A stretch of DNA of 56,629 nucleotides from Candidatus Poribacteria bacterium (GTDB lineage: Bacteria > Poribacteria > WGA-4E > WGA-3G). The notes beneath the pieces are model-generated. The model was not told where the DNA came from. It did not search any database and was given only the letters and a program-made list of their open reading frames with translations. The stretch covers positions 1,952 to 58,580 of the forward strand of contig JAAXHI010000558.1 of NCBI GenBank assembly GCA_012270875.1, in the 5' to 3' direction. The position numbers were made by a program, and so were the translations under genes. Below are positions 52,774 to 56,629 of this stretch, in pieces; the first letter of the stretch is position 1; each line of letters starts with the position of its first letter.

Positions 52774-54594
52774 TCAAGCATCCAAGCCGAGTTGATCGCT
52801 GAGTTCCATCAGCCGCCTATTAATTCCTGTCTTGTCAATTCGGTTGCCATCCACAAATTCTTGATATTCTGGCAACAATCCGTCTGGCACCATTCCACGG
52901 GAATTCGCTTCTCGCAACGCTAATAACCCCATAAATATTTGCATCTCCCGTGAGTAATCCGGTATGAAATCGTTTAATGCTTGACGGAGTTCGCCTTCTG
53001 TGAAGGTATCGCGCCCCTCGCGTCTCGCGAGGTTGTTCGCACGTTGAACGATCAAGAACAGATCCCGCCACGTCAACCCATCTGTCTCTGAACCGCCAAC
53101 GAGAGACTGTAAATTGATGTTGCCTGATGTTTGCCCGCGACAGAAAATTCTTAAAATTTCTACTCTGCCACCATTTGTCGGCGGCAGCATGATCAATTTC
53201 GTATCGAAAATACCGTACCGTCGAAAAATTGGCGGCATTAAGTCGGGACGCTGTGACGCGCCTACCCATATCACCCTACCGTGCAGGGACGCATCACTCA
53301 TAGCATTTACGAGGGCAGGCGGAAACGTTCGTTCATGATCCTCCGGGTTCATCGTCGTATGTGGCGATGCCTGCTCAATTCCATCCATAAAGACAACCGT
53401 TGGGGCAATGCCGCGGATAAAATTGAGGCCCGCATTCAGGTTCCGTTCATAAGTGTTCCCATTTTGATTGATGTTTATTGTTACTTCGCCGACCTGATTG
53501 GCGTACCGGAGTTGGACGAGCGTCATATTCGCCTCACCCGCGAGCACCCTTGCAGCGTATTCTTTGCTGGTACCCGGAGGACCGAGGAGGAGCATACCCC
53601 GCGGCACACGCCGAAGATCCCGATGCCTCATACCATCTGCGATATCCCGAATCGTCCGCATCACGTACCAACCGTCGTCAGAAGGACCCCGCTGAATTTC
53701 CCCGAGTTCAAGGACACCGTGACTGAAAGCCTTAATGCTTTCTCGCTTGTATCTGACGAGCGGTTCACCCCCCGCTTTCTGTTGTGCAGATTCCGCCTGT
53801 TGCACAACATCGTGAATACCGAATAGGTTCAGTCCTATCGTCTCTCGTGCTAAGGATTCCCGCTCCTGGTTATTGCCAAGCGTTTTACGCATCTGCGATG
53901 AATCATCCGAAACGTTATGTATATGTTCAAGAAACCTCAAGCGTTCATTATGGTCTGGAAACGGAATCTCTATCATCGGGATCTCTGGATTCACGGTGAG
54001 GTTCGGATGTATGTCAAATGTATTGTGAGTCACCAGCAGAACAATATGCCCGCGTCTTCGGATGCCTAAGTCGGATGCCCAATTTTGGATCTGATTAAAC
54101 AAGATCTGTGATTCATCTCTGGCAACGTTGCTCAGTGAGGGATCATTAGGTATGAGTTGCTCCAAGAAATCAATAACCAACCCGATTTTCGTTCTGTCTT
54201 GTCCCAGGAGATTATTTAACTTTTCGCGCAAGTCTTTGGAGGGCGAAGGGTCTATTTTCATGAACGGGTCTTTATGAACTTCATCGAACGCCACGCTGGA
54301 ATTAATTCTTGGACGCTTCTTTTCTGCCGCCTCTTCCTTTTGTTCTTGCGGAGCAAGCTCTAACATTCTCTGCATGTTTCGCCAGCGTCCGACATGAGGG
54401 AGTTGGATGCCGTGTGATGTATTATATCCGAGGACGAGTTGACAGCCTAATACATTGAGTTGCTCCATGAGGTAGGCTTTAGTCGGCAAGTAGCCGTAAA
54501 CATCATCATACAGCAGGTCATTTGCATTAAAATGGAGCAGAAATTGGTGGGCGGAACCTGCGTCGTAGTGTTTTTTGACTTCATCCCAAAACAT
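52774..54594 (-). CDS. Tandem AAA+ family protein with degenerate nucleotide-binding motifs
   Basis: 606 aa. The C-terminal module has 'LLLGPPGTSKE' (compare GPPGTGKT), 'VVFMDGIEQ' (compare hhhhDE), 'VIWVGASQRPDLMPPIFRR' and 'YGIFDTKLIMLPP'. The N-terminal half looks like an AAA module lacking a P-loop ('LVIDFLEQL', 'VLLVTHNTFDIHPNL', 'IEIPFPDHNERLRFL'). Confidence 0.7.
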   Translation of the reverse strand: MFWDEVKKHYDAGSAHQFLLHFNANDLLYDDVYGYLPTKAYLMEQLNVLGCQLVLGYNTSHGIQLPHVGRWRNMQRMLELAPQEQKEEAAEKKRPRINSSVAFDEVHKDPFMKIDPSPSKDLREKLNNLLGQDRTKIGLVIDFLEQLIPNDPSLSNVARDESQILFNQIQNWASDLGIRRRGHIVLLVTHNTFDIHPNLTVNPEIPMIEIPFPDHNERLRFLEHIHNVSDDSSQMRKTLGNNQERESLARETIGLNLFGIHDVVQQAESAQQKAGGEPLVRYKRESIKAFSHGVLELGEIQRGPSDDGWYVMRTIRDIADGMRHRDLRRVPRGMLLLGPPGTSKEYAARVLAGEANMTLVQLRYANQVGEVTININQNGNTYERNLNAGLNFIRGIAPTVVFMDGIEQASPHTTMNPEDHERTFPPALVNAMSDASLHGRVIWVGASQRPDLMPPIFRRYGIFDTKLIMLPPTNGGRVEILRIFCRGQTSGNINLQSLVGGSETDGLTWRDLFLIVQRANNLARREGRDTFTEGELRQALNDFIPDYSREMQIFMGLLALREANSRGMVPDGLLPEYQEFVDGNRIDKTGINRRLMELSDQLGLDA

Positions 54595-54693
54595 TTTTTT
54601 CTCCGCGATTGGGTGTGAAATTTTTGGTAATCAGACGCGCCCAGGCAGCTACAAGAAGGGATAGGCGCGCTTTAAAAGAGCGCCTCCATTATC

Positions 54694-55074
54694 TTAACGA
54701 ACGGTTTTGATGTCGCCCCAAGTGGTGGTTAATTCCGCTTGAGCGTCAACAGCAGTCGGCAAATCTTTTAGAGCCGCAATATCCTCTGCACTTAAAGCGC
54801 GGTTCCAGAGACGCACCTCATCGTCTTCACCACCAAATTTAAGTGCCTTCCCAAATTTTCCGTCAACCCACTCAGGGTTAGAAATTTCACCGTCATGACC
54901 GTTTCCACTCAAATCTGCAGCCAGTGAGCCTTCTCCTTCATCGTACGCATGATGTAGGATAAGCCCATCTGAAAAATCCGCAGAGACAGTTGGCGTAAAC
55001 ACCATGAGAGGTGTTACGAAGAGGACTACCATCACGTATAGTGCTAACTTGTAAGTCAATATTGCGTTTTTCAT
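54694..55074 (-). CDS. Mini LamG-family protein: signal peptide, N-terminal ~50 aa and C-terminal tail retained, with the central ~135 aa of the LamG core missing (in-frame deletion derivative, possibly a pseudogene)
   Basis: Track ORF 54694..55113 is trimmed to the ATG at 55074 (GGGAGG 5 nt upstream). The product aligns to both ends of the 51855..52634 product. The junction is 'FGKALKFGG|EDDEVRLWNRAL'. It ends 'ELTTTWGDIKTVR'. Confidence 0.65.
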   Translation of the reverse strand: MKNAILTYKLALYVMVVLFVTPLMVFTPTVSADFSDGLILHHAYDEGEGSLAADLSGNGHDGEISNPEWVDGKFGKALKFGGEDDEVRLWNRALSAEDIAALKDLPTAVDAQAELTTTWGDIKTVR

Positions 55075-55153
55075 GTCTGCCTCCCACAGAAGTATAAAAC
55101 ATACATAAGACATTATAACAAGTTTTCACGGATACTGTCAAAGAAAAATTGAT

Positions 55154-55275
55154 ACGACTTACGCATTATCTCTTAAAGTCCCCTGATAAGGGGGTGTTTT
55201 TGCTGGGGTGTTTCTTCTATAGGGGGTTAAATTGCTGGAATATAGCACTTTTAGACGTAATTTGCGTAAGTCCTA
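55154..55275. repeat. MITE-like copy of the dispersed repeat with 10-bp terminal inverted repeats (gacttacgca ... tgcgtaagtc)
   Basis: Inverted repeats at 55156-55165 and 55263-55272. It contains 'tcttaaagtcccctgataaggggg' (55171-55194) and a 'gggggtgtttttgctggggtgtttct' block shared with 38184-38209. Confidence 0.7.
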
Positions 55276-55334
55276 TTTAAGTTGTAATTTTTGCTCATAT
55301 TTGGTAACATTGAAAAACGCCCTATAAAACTTTT

Positions 55335-55383
55335 GAAAATTTTTTTAAAAAATATTGACAACATTTTTAATTCATGGTATAAT
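55335..55383 (+). promoter_or_regulatory. Near-consensus strong promoter: A/T-rich UP-like tract, TTGACA, 17-nt spacer, extended -10 TGgTATAAT
   Basis: TTGACA at 55355-55360, TG at 55375-55376, TATAAT at 55378-55383. The upstream sequence is 'gaaaatttttttaaaaaata'. Confidence 0.65.
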
Positions 55384-55389
55384 TTTCAC

Positions 55390-55836
55390 ATTCAAGTTGC
55401 TACTAACAGATTTTGCACACTTTGGAAAGGTTTTTTGTCTTTTTCCCTACCCCAGAGGGGTGATATATCTATAGAAAATAGTGTATTTATGCGATTGCAC
55501 TCCAGCGGAGTGCAGTGTGTATAAAAAAGCAATTTGCGTTAATCACGGAGCACAAAGGTGACGACCATGCAAAGCGGACGGATCACATTAACATCTCCAA
55601 ACGGGTTTTACGGGTCCACCGAGTCTAAAGGGCCCTGTGTTGCTGCTGTGCGCTGCTCTTCTCTATGTTCATTGCTTTTTCGTCGTATTAACTGTGAGTT
55701 AACTGTGCTATCTGCAGGGTTAACGCCCCCCCCACTTAACAAGTGATAAGTATAATACTTCACAAGATAGTATAGCCTTCACAGACGTTCTATCTGTGTC
55801 ATGCCTGCGCGCGCTTCGTTGCAGGCTGTTTTTATT
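55390..55836 (+). ncRNA. Candidate structured non-coding RNA or long regulatory leader (class not identified)
   Basis: About 450 nt downstream of the strong promoter with no convincing ORF. Several hairpins are present, for example tgcactcc-agc-ggagtgca at 55496-55514. It ends in a terminator-like hairpin with a T-run at 55803-55836, just before the next CDS. Confidence 0.35.
55803..55836 (+). terminator. Terminator/attenuator-like hairpin (gcctgc ... gcaggc followed by tgtttttatt)
   Basis: A 6-bp GC-rich stem at 55803-55808 / 55821-55826 with a 12-nt loop and a T-rich tail. It lies 58 nt upstream of the ATG at 55894. Confidence 0.45.
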
Positions 55837-55893
55837 CCAGGGAAGCAGTGCACAACTCACTTTATCAACAGAAGGAGTTTGAAAAACAATATC

Positions 55894-56412
55894 ATGAAAC
55901 GGCATAAAATATTTCCATGGCAAATTTATGTGTTTGTTTTACTCTTTGGCCTTATATTCTGCTCGATAGGCGGCTGCCAAGCCGGTAAGAAGACAGACAA
56001 CACGGAGGTGCCGCCCCCAGAGCCGAAAGTAGAGCCACGCTATAAACAAGGGACTGTGTTGCTTATCAGATCAGGAGACTATGGTTACCTTGCACGTGTC
56101 ACAGCAGATACCCTCCCCGATGCTACACAAGTCCCTGTCCACGTCTTTAATGAGAATATTCGCGACACCATCGGCGGTACCGTGCCGCTTGAAGCAATTA
56201 CTACCACGCGAGAAAAACCGCTAGAAGGCTGGGGAATACGGAAAGTCGCTTTAGAATATTTTGATGGTACCTCATGGACATATACGATGACTGCCATTGA
56301 GACTGAGGACTACTATATCCTTACAGACAAGGAAGGCGGGCTACACCGCTTGGAATTCGCAAATGTTCGATTTTCATCCCCAGTCCGTCTGAGGCATGGA
56401 GGAACAGAGTGA
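55894..56412 (+). CDS. Lipoprotein, hypothetical
   Basis: Track ORF 55801..56412 is trimmed to the ATG at 55894 (MKRHKIF). The lipobox is 'SIGGC'. No domain is recognised. Confidence 0.6.
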   Translation: MKRHKIFPWQIYVFVLLFGLIFCSIGGCQAGKKTDNTEVPPPEPKVEPRYKQGTVLLIRSGDYGYLARVTADTLPDATQVPVHVFNENIRDTIGGTVPLEAITTTREKPLEGWGIRKVALEYFDGTSWTYTMTAIETEDYYILTDKEGGLHRLEFANVRFSSPVRLRHGGTE

Positions 56413-56416
56413 AAAA

Positions 56417-56629
56417 ATGAAAGAACTTAAAAATAGAATGGTGTGTAAACGCAGAATACTGAGAACCGGTTATTGTCTCATCGTCTTGGCGCTCACAGGC
56501 CTCCTCTGTATCATGCCGGCTTGCCAGCCCTCAGCAGATAAAGATGGCAACACTGAGAAACCTGAGACCGAGGAAGAGGAGGAAACACCGCCACCGGAGG
56601 ACAAGACACCCCCACCTGACACCGAGGAA
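56417..56629 (+). CDS. Lipoprotein, hypothetical, 3'-truncated by the window edge
   Basis: The ATG at 56417 is followed by 'LIVLALTGLLCIMPAC' (lipobox) and an acidic/Pro-rich linker 'EEEEETPPPEDKTPPPD'. The frame is open to the window end. Confidence 0.5.
   Translation, partial: MKELKNRMVCKRRILRTGYCLIVLALTGLLCIMPACQPSADKDGNTEKPETEEEEETPPPEDKTPPPDTEE

Noticed and set aside
55291-55524. 77-aa ORF across the strong promoter region
   Set aside because: It starts upstream of, and reads through, the -35/-10 elements. It is very AT-rich, has no RBS and has implausible composition. The region is better explained as a promoter plus untranslated RNA.

Overview
Calls rest on motif recognition and manual repeat and hairpin inspection only; no homology, covariance or structure search could be run. 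The window looks like a chromosomal segment from a Gram-negative-type, probably uncultured bacterium. LPS and heptose genes (kdsB, heptose-7-P kinase, gmhB) and Wza/Wzc-type polysaccharide export are present. A guess that the lineage is rich in secreted LamG and PhyH proteins is speculation only. Coding density is high on both strands. Housekeeping genes are kdsB-pyrG, topA-ftsE-ftsX, accD and a PolX/PHP protein. Three transporter modules are each incomplete within the window: TRAP dctQM, livJHM, and two BMP/nucleoside-type ABC permeases. Oxygenase genes at the left edge are two PhyH-family enzymes, a Rieske-fusion protein and a PhnZ-like HD-domain enzyme. Two tandem LarA-like (nickel-pincer racemase family) paralogs sit in the kdsB-pyrG operon. 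The most distinctive feature is a family of seven signal-peptide proteins, mostly LamG/Laminin_G_3-like. Three are in tandem at 16.9-19.6 kb and two flank a degenerate tandem-AAA+ gene at 51.8-55.1 kb. All seven end in the same extreme C-terminal tail, 'GKLxTTWGxLK' plus 1-3 residues, which I do not recognise as any described sorting signal. Other points of interest: (1) a dispersed REP/MITE-like repeat family, with one 39-nt copy pair identical; (2) a repeat that carries an RBS, a start codon and the first codons of unrelated genes; (3) a near-perfect UP / -35 / extended -10 promoter driving about 450 nt with no convincing ORF and a terminal hairpin; (4) an Avd-like four-helix-bundle gene inside a repeat-flanked cassette; (5) a small two-TM gene pair behind an AT-rich region; (6) a PolX whose polymerase carboxylates appear to be substituted.
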